Positions 9,198 through 20,286 of a stretch of 47,856 nt of DNA are shown in pieces; the first letter of the stretch is position 1, and the number at the start of each line of letters is the position of its first letter. Origin of the DNA: Guillardia theta CCMP2712 (Eukaryota > Protista > Cryptophyta); assembly GCF_000315625.1 (NCBI RefSeq), contig NW_005434601.1, positions 1 to 47,856 on the forward strand, written 5' to 3'. A model generated the notes under the pieces. It did no database searches and was not told where the DNA came from. It saw only the letters and a list, made by a program, of their open reading frames with translations. Position numbers and translations under genes: made by a program.

Positions 9198-11579
9198 GGC
9201 CTCGTTGTGGGCTTTTGCAATTTGATCCTAGTCTAAAGAGGCGCTCGAGCACTGGGAGTACACGGCCTACAATGCGAACCCTGCTTCTGAGGCGTCTTTC
9301 TACTCTCTACTTCTTCTGTCTTCTCTTGGCTTCCTCAGCCTCAGTCAGGAGAGTTGCCTCTCCTCACCTTGGCCTTCGGTCGCCACCTACTCTACCTCCA
9401 TTCAGCTTCCTCAGCCTCAGTCAGGAGAGTTGCCTCTCCTCACCTTGGCCTTCGGTCGCCACCTACTCCTCCTCCATTCAGCTTCCTCAGCCTCAGTCAG
9501 GAGAGTTGCCTCTCCTCACCTTGGCCTTCGGTCGCCTCCTACCTTCTCTCCTTACCTTGAGCTCAGCTCAAGCTCGGTACGGGCTCGCCCCGTCTTCTTC
9601 CTCGCCCTCGCCTTGCTCTTCCTCCACTGTCTTCCTCTTCTTCGTCATCTTCCCTCATCTCCACCCGCAGTCGGTCTTTCTTGTCCACCTTCAGCGAGCA
9701 GGCCAGCACATGCATCTCTGCGAATTTACTCAGTGCTATGAACAGGAAGCTAAGAGATCGACGCTCTATGTCGTCGCTCTCCGCCTCCTGCTCAAGCTCA
9801 GCAGCTGCCGTTGCCCGTGGCGAGAACGCGCTGCCCCTCCTTGCCTTCTTGCTCTCTCCTTGCACGCGAGTCCAGCGCTTGCTCTGCAGCCACTTCCCCA
9901 GCTTCTCCTTGAGAACGTTGCGTCCCACTCCCTGCTCCTCTGGCATCTTCGCCCACTCTCCCAGCGACATGAACTCCAGGCTCCCCGGAGAGTAGAGCTT
10001 GATCGGCTCGCTCGTCCCCGCCTCGTTCAAAGAAGCTGCATCTTCAATGACTGCTGACAGCTCGCTGACGAGCTGCATGTCCTCTTGGCTTGACGGAGAT
10101 GCTGCCTCCATTGTGATCCTCTCCAGGTCTGTAAACTCCAGCCACTCTCCCTCGCTCTCCTCCTGTCGCTGCGCTGCGTCGCTGGTGCCCCGCTGACCAG
10201 CCGCCTCAGAGTCAGGCTCCTTGTCGAAGCCGACTGCTTCGAGCTTGGTTGCTGCGCCTTCGAGATAGAAGGGCAGCTCCTTCATCATGTGTCGAGCATC
10301 CTCCGTGGAGCCGAGGAGGATGCATAGCTTGGACCCGTTCCAGGACTTGGTGTTCAAATCCTCCTCCATGTCGATGCCTTCAACGTTGATCTCGAGCCTG
10401 TTAGCGATCTCCAACAAGACTCTCTTGACTCTTGCGATAGACGTGTTGCCGCCGTTGCACAGCCCCTCCATCTCCTTCCTCGTGAAGCGACCAGATGCCG
10501 CCGTCGACTTGATGATGATCTTGATCTCCTTGCCGTCCTTGCCGCCTGCCTTCTTCTGCATCCTTGATGCCTTCTTCAACTTATTTCTGGACACAAAGCG
10601 ATCAGCTGTCAACTCGACTGCGAGCGCCTCTCTGATCTTCGGGTCCTCGCTGAACAGAGTCAGGTGTACTCCCTCCATCGCTTCGCTCTCTCGGAAAGCT
10701 CGAAATGCTGTATCATTCGCCTCTGGGCAGCTCGAGGAGACGATCCACTCCACCTCCCTCTGTCTCCAGATGACGTTGGCCCCTACAGCGATGAAGCCTT
10801 TCTGACCTAAGCCTTTGTGGACTTGCTGTCCTGGCGCCCCAGCGACCAGCATGCCTGCCAGCGGCTGGAGTTGGACCGCTGCAAGGGACTGGCGCAGCAG
10901 CTGATAGCGATAGACGGCAGCTATCTCAGCCGTTGTCATGCCGCCCAAGGTTAGCAGGTGAGTCAGCTCTGCCAAGCTGCCCCCTTTGCCCCGGGGTCCT
11001 CTCTTGGCTCGAATCTTGAAAGATCGATCGTGCACGATGCTCACATGTACAGCTGTGAACTTGCGACCATCGATCGCGAAGTCCTCTCTTCCCTGCCAGA
11101 GCTTCTCCGCTTGTGCATTGCGGAGGAAGGAAACAGTCACCGGGATCTCCTCAGCACTCGCTATCTCGGGTCTATACGGAGCCTTCCACATGATTGCTTT
11201 ACTCTCTTGCACTGAGTCTACGATCAGTCCGATCTCTTCAAATTTCTTCTTCAACTTCTCCTCATGGTTGACATACACCGAGGAGATGCCCAGGAGAGTC
11301 ATGGAGATGAAGGAAGTCACCTCGTTGCCTGCTGAGGCGGTGTATGTCTCGACCTTCTCCTTCTTGGCTTCTTCAATCTGCTGCATAAACCACTCTCTGG
11401 ATGCGTCACTCCATCCAGCCATCGCTTCTTGCAGAAGCTCACGTCGTGCCTGCTGACATGTCGAGCGGATGGCTTCTGCGATAGCGTCGGGGGTGCATCC
11501 CTCCACAGCCTTGCAAGCCTGGGCTGTCCTGCTGTTCGGATAACGCTTCGCGAAGCTCTTCACCCTCTCGACGAGATCA
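9198..11579 (-). mobile_element. Family A copy 3: 5'-truncated within the ORF, with an aberrant GAGCGAG-rich 3' end (9136-9197)
   Basis: Identity to copy 1 ends at ...acgagatca, directly followed by telomeric repeats; 39-bp in-frame deletion. Confidence 0.88.
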
Positions 11580-11595
11580 AACCCTAAACCCTAAA

Positions 11596-12419
11596 ATTAT
11601 TATTATTATTATTATTATGTGAGTTTATTAGAATGCTAGAATGTTGCTCGGCCTCGTTGTGGGCTTATGCAATTTGATCCTAGTCTAAAGAGGCGCTCGA
11701 GCACTGGGAGTACACGGCCTACAATGCGAACCCTGCTTCTGAGGCGTCTTTCTACTCTCTACTTCTTCTGTCTTCTCTTGGCTTGCTCAGCCTCAGTCAG
11801 GAGAGTTGCCTCTCCTCACCTTGGCCTTCGGTCAACACCTACTCCTCCTCCATTCAGCTTCCTCAGCCTCAGTCAGAAGAGTTGCCTCTCCTCACCTTGG
11901 CCTTCGGTCGCCACCTACTCCTCCTCCATTCAGCTTCCTCAGCTCAGTCAGGAGAGTTGCCTCTCCTCACCTTGGCCTTCGGTCGCCTCCTACCTTCTCT
12001 CCTTACCTTGAGCTCAGCTCAAGCTCGGTACGGGCTCGCCCCGTCTTCTTCCTCGCCCTCGCCTTGCTCTTCCTCCATGTCTTCCTCTTCTTCGTCATCT
12101 TCCCACATCTCCACTCGCAGTCGGTCCTTCTTGTCCACCTTCAGCGAGCAGGCCAGCACATGCATCTCTGCGAATTTACTCAGTGCTATGAACAGGAAGC
12201 TAAGAGATCGACGCTCTATGTCGTCGCTCTCCGCCTCCTGCTCAAGCTCAGCAGCTGCCGTTGCCCGTGGCGAGAACGCGCTGCCCCTCCTTGCCTTCTT
12301 GCTCTCTCCTTGCACGCGAGTCCAGCGCTTGCTCTGCAGCCACTTCCCCAGCTTCTCCTTGAGAACGTTGCGTCCCACTCCCTGCTCCTCTGGCATCTTC
12401 GCCCACTCTCCCAGCGACA
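11596..12419 (-). mobile_element. Family A copy 4: heavily 5'-truncated
   Basis: Intact tail, AATAAA and 3' UTR, but only the C-terminal ~130 codons. Confidence 0.88.
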
Positions 12420-12430
12420 GGGGCCCGGTG

Positions 12431-12540
12431 CTAAACCCTAAACCCTAAACCCTAAACCCGAAAATAACGGCGCCTCCTAAACCCTAAACCCTAAACCCTA
12501 AACCCTAAACCCTAAACCCTAAACCCTAAACCCTAAACCC
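12431..12540 (+). repeat. Telomeric tracts (29 bp + 65 bp) enclosing one degenerate 5' monomer (12460-12475)
   Basis: ccc-gaaaataacggcgcct-cctaaa. Confidence 0.9.
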
Positions 12541-13126
12541 TAGTAGTAGTAGTAGTTGAGTTTATTAGAATGCTAGCTAGGTAGGTTGCATGGCTTGTTA
12601 TCACCTTGCTCTATTCTAGTCTAACAGGGATCTCGTGACCTGGCAGTTCGGCCCGACTTGGCTGGCCCTTATGGCAGCCGTGCTTCTGCTCTGCTCCCTC
12701 CTCTGATATACTTCAGTGGTCTTCCCCGGCCTCAGCCAGTGGAGTTTCCTCCGCCTGCCTTGGCCTGGGTCGTCCGTGCTTTCAACTTGTGTTGCTTCCT
12801 CGGCTCCGACACCCTTGGCGGTCTCGGCCGGCCTTCGGCCAGTGAGTGAATGAGGGATAAGGACAATCAGGAGATAAGGTGGTAGGTGGAATGCGTATGG
12901 GTCCCTGGGACTTCCCCCGGGCCTCGGTCCGGACCGGGCCCGAGAGCCCGGCCGGCCTCCGCCCGGCCTCCTCCTCCCGGCCCCCCTCCCCCCTCCCCCA
13001 CCGGCTTACCTGCCCTTACCTTCGTTGCTTGCCCCATGTCCACCTCATTTATTTCTTCCTCCTTCCCCCCATGGGGCCCACAGCCCCGCTCCGCCTCTTG
13101 TCCACCTCTAAGACTTGACTCGAGCC

Positions 13127-15253
13127 TCAAGCGCGCGAGGGGCCTGCACCGGCCTCCTCCTCCACGCCCTCGCCCTCCTCAGCCTCCATGTCGACTTCCT
13201 CCCTCATCATCAGCCGCAGTCGGTCTTGCTTGTCGACCTTGCCCGTGCAGCTCAACCCATGGTGCTCAGCAAATTTACTGATCGCAAGAAACAAGAGGCT
13301 TACAGATCGACTCTCGATGTCATCGCTCTCAGCCTCCTGCTCGAGCGCATCAGTCGCTGCTGCCCTTGGAGAGAAGGCGCTGCCCCTCCTCGCTGCCTTG
13401 TTCCCTTGCACCCGTGTCCAGCGCTGCTCGCCGAGGTACGCTCTGAGCTTTTCTTTCAAAATGTTTCGCTTCGATCCCAGCGTCGGCGTGGCTGCCCAAG
13501 CTCCGAGCGTCATGAACTCCACGTTGCCCGGCGAGCAGAAGGTGTCATGCAGCTTGCCAACACTCTTGTCTAGCTCCAGCGAGATCGGCTTGCCAGCTAG
13601 CAGCTCCTCCTCTGATGTCTCCAAGAGCATCGTCGAGAGGTCGAGCAAGACCTGTTGGTCGACTGGCCCTGACGGCGACGCTGCTTCCATAGTAATCCTG
13701 TCGATGTCGCTGAGCTCCAGCCATCCAGCGCCTTGCTGCTGCCCTTGGGGCTCTTGGGCTTGCTCCTCGCTGCTCGGGCTCCTCTCCTCCTCATGCTGAG
13801 GGTTGAGCTTAAAACCCATAGCTTCCAGCTTGACTTCCAGGATCCCTTCCAAGTAGAAGGGCATGTCTTCCATCAAGCGTCGAGCCTCTGCCTTGGTCGC
13901 CAGGGAGAGAGCTATCAGGCTCCCATCCCAGCTGAGCGTGTCACGATCCTCCTCGACCTCGACGCTGACCAGCTTGAGGTTCATGCTTCTTGCTAACTCC
14001 AACATGGCTCGCTTGACTCTCGTGATCGATGTGTTACCTCCTCCGCACAGCGCTTCCATCTCCTTCCTCGAGAAGCGGCCTGTGCTCATGCTTGACCTCG
14101 ACTTGATCTGTACTCTGAAGCTGCTGCGCCCCGCATGATCTCTCTCGCGAAGTGCCTTCCTCTGCTTGGCAATCTTTCCCCTCGGCACGAAGGTGTCGGC
14201 TGTGAGCTCGACTGCAAACGTCTCTCTGAGCTTGGCGTCGTCGCTGATGAGAGTGAGATGCACCCCCTCCATCGCCTCGCTCTCTCTGAACGAGGCCAAG
14301 GTCTGCTCGCAGCTTGCCGTCGAAGGCGAGCTGAGCACCCACTCTAGCTCTTTTTGCTGGAGAGTGCCCGTACTTGCCCCAACAGCGACATACGTCTTCG
14401 GGCTCGGCCCCTTGCGACCTCTCTGCCCAGGACCCTGCAAGAGCATGCCTGCAAGTGGTTGTACCTCTGCGGCTGCAAGAGATTGTGAGAGCAGCTGAAA
14501 TCGATAAATCTGAGCGATCTCAGCCGTCGACATTCCTCCGAGAGCTAGGAGCTGCGATAGCTCGGCAAGGCTCCCTCCCTTGCCCCAAGGTCCTCGCTTG
14601 GCTCGAAGCTTGAACGACCGGTCGTGTGCAATGCTCACCTCTGTGGCTCGGAAGGCTCTCCCTTCTATGCAGTATTCTTTCCTGCCTTCCCATAGCTCCA
14701 TGGCTGCTTCATTCCGAAGGAAGGAGACGGTGACTGAGATGTCGTCTGCTCGTGCTATCTCAGGTCTGTAAGGTGCTTTCCACATGATGGCCTTGTCGAC
14801 TCCATCGACTGAGTCTACCATGAGACCTAGCTCCATAAGCTTCGTTTTCAACTTTTCTTCTTGTCGAACATACATCGAGGAAATCCCTAGGAGAGTCATG
14901 GAGATGAAGGAGGTCCCCTCGGTGCCTTCGGTGCCGATGTATGTCTCGACATTCTGTTTCTTGGCCTCCTCCATCTGTTGAATAAACCATGCTCTCGACT
15001 CTGAGCTCCATTCACTCAGAGAGTCTTCAAACAGGTCGCGTCTCGCCTGCCGACATGTCGAGCGGATGGCTTCAGCGATAGCGTCGGGAGTGCATCCCCC
15101 CTCAGCTCTGCAAGCCTGAGCTGTCCTACTACCAGGATACCGCTTCGCGAAGCTCTTCACTCTCTCGACGAGGTCGGCGGCCTCCTCGACGTGGCCTCCA
15201 GAGCGCTCGCCCTGCGTGTATTGGCATGCGCTCTCATCATACTGTAGTACCAT
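13127..15253 (-). CDS. Family B ORF1-like protein (708 aa), homolog of the family A ORF
   Basis: Colinear with the family A protein (DLVERVKSFAKRYP, SFISMTLLGISS, AIMWKAPYRPEIA, RAKRGPWGKGGSLAEL, FRESEAMEGVHLTL, ARRGSAFSPRA); uninterrupted despite many synonymous changes. Confidence 0.85.
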   Translation of the reverse strand: MVLQYDESACQYTQGERSGGHVEEAADLVERVKSFAKRYPGSRTAQACRAEGGCTPDAIAEAIRSTCRQARRDLFEDSLSEWSSESRAWFIQQMEEAKKQNVETYIGTEGTEGTSFISMTLLGISSMYVRQEEKLKTKLMELGLMVDSVDGVDKAIMWKAPYRPEIARADDISVTVSFLRNEAAMELWEGRKEYCIEGRAFRATEVSIAHDRSFKLRAKRGPWGKGGSLAELSQLLALGGMSTAEIAQIYRFQLLSQSLAAAEVQPLAGMLLQGPGQRGRKGPSPKTYVAVGASTGTLQQKELEWVLSSPSTASCEQTLASFRESEAMEGVHLTLISDDAKLRETFAVELTADTFVPRGKIAKQRKALRERDHAGRSSFRVQIKSRSSMSTGRFSRKEMEALCGGGNTSITRVKRAMLELARSMNLKLVSVEVEEDRDTLSWDGSLIALSLATKAEARRLMEDMPFYLEGILEVKLEAMGFKLNPQHEEERSPSSEEQAQEPQGQQQGAGWLELSDIDRITMEAASPSGPVDQQVLLDLSTMLLETSEEELLAGKPISLELDKSVGKLHDTFCSPGNVEFMTLGAWAATPTLGSKRNILKEKLRAYLGEQRWTRVQGNKAARRGSAFSPRAAATDALEQEAESDDIESRSVSLLFLAISKFAEHHGLSCTGKVDKQDRLRLMMREEVDMEAEEGEGVEEEAGAGPSRA

Positions 15254-15341
15254 GCTTGGAAGCTGTTTGAACTATACCAAGAACTTGCTCGCAGCTTCCT
15301 CCGGTCCCCTTGCGCTCTCCCTACGCGCCGCGGATGTGCAT

Positions 15342-15827
15342 GCCTCGGGAAGGGGCGGCCTGCCTCGGGAAGGGGCGGCCTGCCTCGGGAAGGGGCGGCC
15401 TTGCCTCGGGAAGGGGCGGCCTCTGCCTCGGGAAGGGGCGGCCTGCCTCGGGAAGGGATGTGCATGCCTCGGGAAGGGGCGGCCTGCCTCGGGAAGGGGC
15501 GGCCTGCCTCGGGAAGGGGCGGCCTGCCTCGGGAAGGGGCGGCCTGCCTCGGGAAGGGGCGGCCTGCCTCGGGAAGGGGCGGCCTGCCTCGGGAAGGGGC
15601 GGCCTGCCTCGGGAAGGGGCGGCCTGCCTCGGGAAGGGGCGGCCTGCCTCGGGAAGGGGCGGCCTGCCTCGGGAAGGGGCGGCCTGCCTCGGGAAGGGGC
15701 GGCCTCTGCCTCGGGAAGGGGCGGCCTGCCTCGGGAAGGGGCGGCCTGCCTCGGGAAGGGGCGGCCTGCCTCGGGAAGGGGCGGCCTGCCTCGGGAAGGG
15801 GCGGCCTGCCTCGGGAAGGGGCGGCCT
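15342..15827. repeat. 5' monomer array (GCCTCGGGAAGGGGCGGCCT) x ~24
   Basis: 20-bp tandem repeat. Confidence 0.97.
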
Positions 15828-15857
15828 CCTAAACCCTAAACCCTAAACCCTAAACCC
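15828..15857 (+). repeat. 30-bp telomeric spacer
   Basis: cctaaa(ccctaaa)3ccc. Confidence 0.97.
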
Positions 15858-18559
15858 TATTATTATTATTATTATGTGAGTTTATTAGAATGCTAGAATG
15901 TTGCTCGGCCTCGTTGTGGGCTTTTGCAATTTGATCCTAGTCTAAAGAGGCGCTCGAGCACTGGGAGTACACGGCCTACAATGCGAACCCTGCTTCTGAG
16001 GCGTCTTTCTACTTTCTACTTCTGCTGTCTTCTCTTGGCTTCCTCAGCCTCAGTCAGGAGAGTTGCCTCTCCTCACCTTGGCCTTCGGTCGCCACCTACT
16101 CTACCTCCATTCAGCTTCCTCAGCCTCAGTCAGGAGAGTTGCCTCTCCTCACCTTGGCCTTCGGTCGCCACCTACTCCTCCTCCATTCAGCTTCCTCAGC
16201 TTCAGTCAGGAGAGTTGCCTCTCCTCACCTTGGCCTTCGGTCGCCTCCTACCCGGGGGCCTTCTCTCCTTACCTTGAGCTCAGCTCAAGCTCGGTACGGG
16301 CTCGCCCCGTCTTCTTCCTCGCCCTCGCCTTGCTCTTCCTCCATGTCTTCCTCTTCTTCGTCATCTTCCCTCATCTCCACTCGCAGTCGGTCCTTCTTGT
16401 CCACCTTCAGCGAGCAGGCCAGCACATGCATCTCTGCGAATTTACTCAGTGCTATGAACAGGAGGCTAAGAGATCGACGCTCTATGTCGTCCCTCTCCGC
16501 CTCCTGCTCAAGCTCAGCAGTTGCCGTTGCCCGTGGCGAGAACGCGCTGCCCCTCCTTGCCTTCTTGCTCTCTCCTTGCACGCGAGTCCAGCGCTTGCTC
16601 TGCAGCCACTTCCCCAGCTTCTCCTTGAGAACGTTGCGCCCAACTCCCTGCTCCTCTGGCATCTTCGCCCACTCTCCCAGCGACATGAACTCCAGGCTCC
16701 CCGGAGAGTAGAAGGTGTCGTGGAGGTTGCCAACGGCCTTGTCCAGGACCAGCTTGATCGGCTCGCTCGTCCCTGCCTCGTTCAAAGAAGCTGCATCTTC
16801 GATGACTGCTGACAGCTCGCTGACGAGCTGCATGTCCTCTTGGCTTGACGGAGATGCTGCCTCCATTGTGATCCTCTCCAGGTCTGTAAACTCCAGCCAC
16901 TCTCCCTCGCTCTCCTCCTGTCGCTGCGCTGCGTCGCTGGTGCCCCGCTGACCAGCCGCCTCAGAGTCAGGCTCCTTGTCGAAGCCGACTGCTTCGAGCT
17001 TGGTTGCTGCGCCTTCGAGATAGAAGGGCAGCTCCTTCATCACGCCTTCGAGATAGAAGGGCAGCTCCTTCATCATGCGTCGAGCATCCTAGGAGGATGC
17101 ATAGCTTGGACCCGTTAGCGATCTCCAACAAGACTCTCTTGACTCTTGCGATAGACGTGTTGCCGCCGTTGCACAGCCCCTCCATCTCCTTCCTCCCGCC
17201 GTTGCACAGCCCCTCCATCTCCTTCCTCGTGAAGCGACCAGATGCCGCCGTCGACTTGATGATGATCTTGATCTCCTTGCCGTCCTTGCCGCCTGCCTTC
17301 TTCTGCATCCTTGATGCCTTCTTCAACTTATTTCTGGACACAAAGCGATCAGCTGTCAACTCGACTGCGAGCGCCTCTCTGATCTTCGGGTCCTCGCTGA
17401 ACAGAGTCAGGTGTACTCCCTCCATCGCTTCGCTCTCTCGGAAAGCTCGAAATGCTGTATCATTCGCCTCTGGGCAGCTCGAGGAGACGATCCACTCCAC
17501 CTCCCTCTGTCTCCAGATGACGTTGGCCCCTACAGCGATGAAGCCTTTCTGACCTAAGCCTTTGTGGACTTGCTGTCCTGGCGCCCCAGCGACCAGCATG
17601 CCTGCCAGCGGCTGGAGTTGGACCGCTGCAAGGGACTGGCGCAGCAGCTGATAGCAATAGACGGCAGCTATCTCAGCCGTTGTCATGCCGCCCAAGGTTA
17701 GCAGGTGAGTCAGCTCTGCCAAGCTGCCCCCTTTGCCCCAGGGTCCTCTCTTGGCTCGAATCTTGAAAGATCGATCGTGCACGATGCTCACATGTACAGC
17801 TGTGAACTTGCGACCATCGATCGCGAAGTCCTCTCTTCCCTGCCAGAGCTTCTCCGCTTGTGCATTGCGGAGGAAGGAAACAGTCACCGGGATCTCCTCA
17901 GCACTCGCTTTACTCTCTTGCACTGAGTCTACGATCAGTCCGATCTCTTCAAATTTCTTCTTCAGCTTCTCTTCATGGTTGACATACACCGACAGCTTTT
18001 CTTCATGGTTGACATACACCGAGGAGATGCCCAGGAGAGTCATGGAGATGAAGGAAGTCACCTCGTTGCCTGCTGAGGCGGTGTATGTCTCGACCTTCTC
18101 CTTCTTGGCTTCTTCAATCTGCTGCATAAACCACTCTCTGGATGCGTCACTCCATCCAGTCATCGCTTCTTGCAGAAGCTCACGTCGTGCCTGCTGACAC
18201 GTCGAGCGGATGGCTTCTGCGATAGCGTCGGGGGTGCATCCCTCCACAGCCTTGCAAGCCTGGGCTGTCCTGCTGTTCGGATAACGCTTCGCGAAGCTCT
18301 TCACCCTCTCGACGAGATCAGCTTCGAGGACAGAGGCATCCGATGATCCACAAGTCCGCTCTGCGTGTATTGGCATGATCTCCGATACAGCAGGTTGCGA
18401 ACATTTTCATCATACTGAAGAACCATACTTAGAAAGCTATTTGAAGTATACAAACCTCTCGCTTGCAGCTTCCTTGGCGCCCTGGCAGCTTCCCCTACAC
18501 CACGCGTGCAGCCATGGTGCCTGAAATAACGGGCGCTCGTGCCTGAAATAACGGGCGCT
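15858..18559 (-). mobile_element. Family A copy 5: full length, ORF broken by short duplications and deletions, only two 5' monomers
   Basis: Homologous to copy 1; ORF pieces 16285-17076 and 16967-18376 contain duplicated peptides. Confidence 0.88.
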
Positions 18560-18624
18560 CTAAACCCTAAACCCTAAACCCTAAACCCTAAACCCTAAAC
18601 CCTAAACCCTAAACCCTAAACCCT
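18560..18624 (+). repeat. Interstitial telomeric tract
   Basis: (CCCTAAA)~9. Confidence 0.97.
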
Positions 18625-19433
18625 CCTCCTGCTGCCGTCGCTTGTTGCTGGAGAACATACCCTATTCGCATGGTTCTATTTTTTCTGCTCTGTGTGACGT
18701 CTCCTTCAATAGCTGCTGTGATATGCCTTCCGCCTTGGTGATCGCTGCGCGGCTGGATCTGACTCCTTCGTTGGTTACACATCTCCTCATACGTTGGGAG
18801 GATGTTGTCATGAAGCTGAGCTCTGGGGTATGTTATAGCTCCTCTAACGTTTTCATCAGGCAACGATTCCCTGTTCCCCAAAAGTTTGCTGCGTATGTTA
18901 TCTGAGCGCCTTTCGGGATCCGGCTGATAATTTCGAAGCCTTCTGGTATCTCATCAATGTTATTCTTCCATCCTATCAGAATGACATGTATTGTGTTTTG
19001 CAGCCGGGATGTGCTCGCGAAATCTCTTTTGTTTATCTATCCAACCACCACTCGTTGCAGTTCCTTTGCTCTCTTGTTGCTTAGAGCCTGGGGATGTGTG
19101 TGTAGTTACGAAATGTACTGATGTCACAATCTGTGATCTCTGCTAGATCAAGTTGTAAAAACTCGTATGCCAATGGTTGTGTTGTTTCTTGGCGAACCTC
19201 TGATACTACCTCTTCGAGTTGTTGCCACCATGCTGTAGCTTCTGTTTCGCCGTCGTCCAACGCACTGCGGCATTGACTATTTCCAGCAACAGATGGATAC
19301 TTTGATTGCATTCTCTTCGGTTATTCCCGTCTTCTTCTTCCTTTGTTGCAGATGTACTGAGGGAGCCGAGTCCAGCGACGCTTCCAACCATTCTATTGGT
19401 GGGTCCGAGGTTGTGTTTACTCCTGTGTGGGGC

Positions 19434-19453
19434 GGCTCAAAGATAGCGATGGC
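19434..19453 (+). repeat. Innermost interstitial telomeric tract
   Basis: aaaccctaaaccctaaaccct. Confidence 0.9.
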
Positions 19454-19579
19454 AAACCCTAAACCCTAAACCCTGCCTCCTTCGTTTCCTAGTATTTTAT
19501 TAAGGCGGGTTTGTTGGCTCTATCCTCCCCCTCCTTTGTTTGCTCCGGTTTGTCCTTCTTTTTCAGTCAATAAAGGGAT

Positions 19580-20286
19580 TTCTTTTTAATTTAGATCAAC
19601 CACAGCAGTCCTCGTGATGGCTGACAGTCTGGCTGACAAACTTGAAAAAGTCGTTATGGCTGACAGTCTGGCTGACAGTCTGGCTGTATAAAAAGTTTGT
19701 TTTTGTTATGGCTTTACAACCCCACCCTTCTGTCAGCATGAAGGGTACTTGCGCAAACATGACGCAGGCGCGGAGCTGCGACAGCAACAATGCGTGCAAG
19801 ACGTTCGTGCGCGCTTCTCTCGCAGTCAACATTGTTGTCCTCATTGCTGTCTGCACTGTTGTTATAGCTCCGGTTCGCCCAGAGGCCGTGACTTTGGCTT
19901 TGGGCCCTCCCACGCCGGGTCGCGGAATTCTACTGTCAGTATATTTTGCCATCCTCATTGACTCGGTTATTCTATTGGGGCTGCACTTGTACTGTTCGGA
20001 TACTGCACCAGTTGAATACATGATAGCTGCACTTCTTGCAACGCAAGTCCTGTACAAGATTTCAACTCCTGCTACTGCAGGCGTTGGCAATCCTGTGGCG
20101 ATCAGCAACCTCTGTATCAGTGTTCTGCATACTTCCACGCTGTATCTGCTGTGGCGAGGGCATACAAGAAGAGTCTCCGCTGCTCCCGCATCTCTTGCAA
20201 TGCATGCCAATTGAATCAGTATGAGCACGAGGTGCATTCGTGAACTACTAGTGCACCCACACAACGATCAAACCTTGCAGGCAAGG
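19580..20286. repeat. Partial unit of the 1.73-kb tandem repeat, left of the copia insertion
   Basis: Essentially identical to ~25574-26280. Confidence 0.95.

Larger units (their letters stand above)
12541..15827 (-). mobile_element. Telomere-targeted element, divergent family B (full length)
   Basis: (CTA)5 tail on minus strand, same terminal motif gagtttattagaatgctag, homologous ORF, different 5' monomer, telomeric flanks. Confidence 0.87.

Noticed and set aside
15157-15846. ORFs with repeated GRGGLPREGAACLGK
   Set aside because: Translation of the stop-free 20-bp minisatellite
19596-20264. 222-aa and 190-aa overlapping ORFs, repeated in the 1.73-kb units
   Set aside because: No recognisable domain, non-ATG starts; recurrence only reflects DNA duplication
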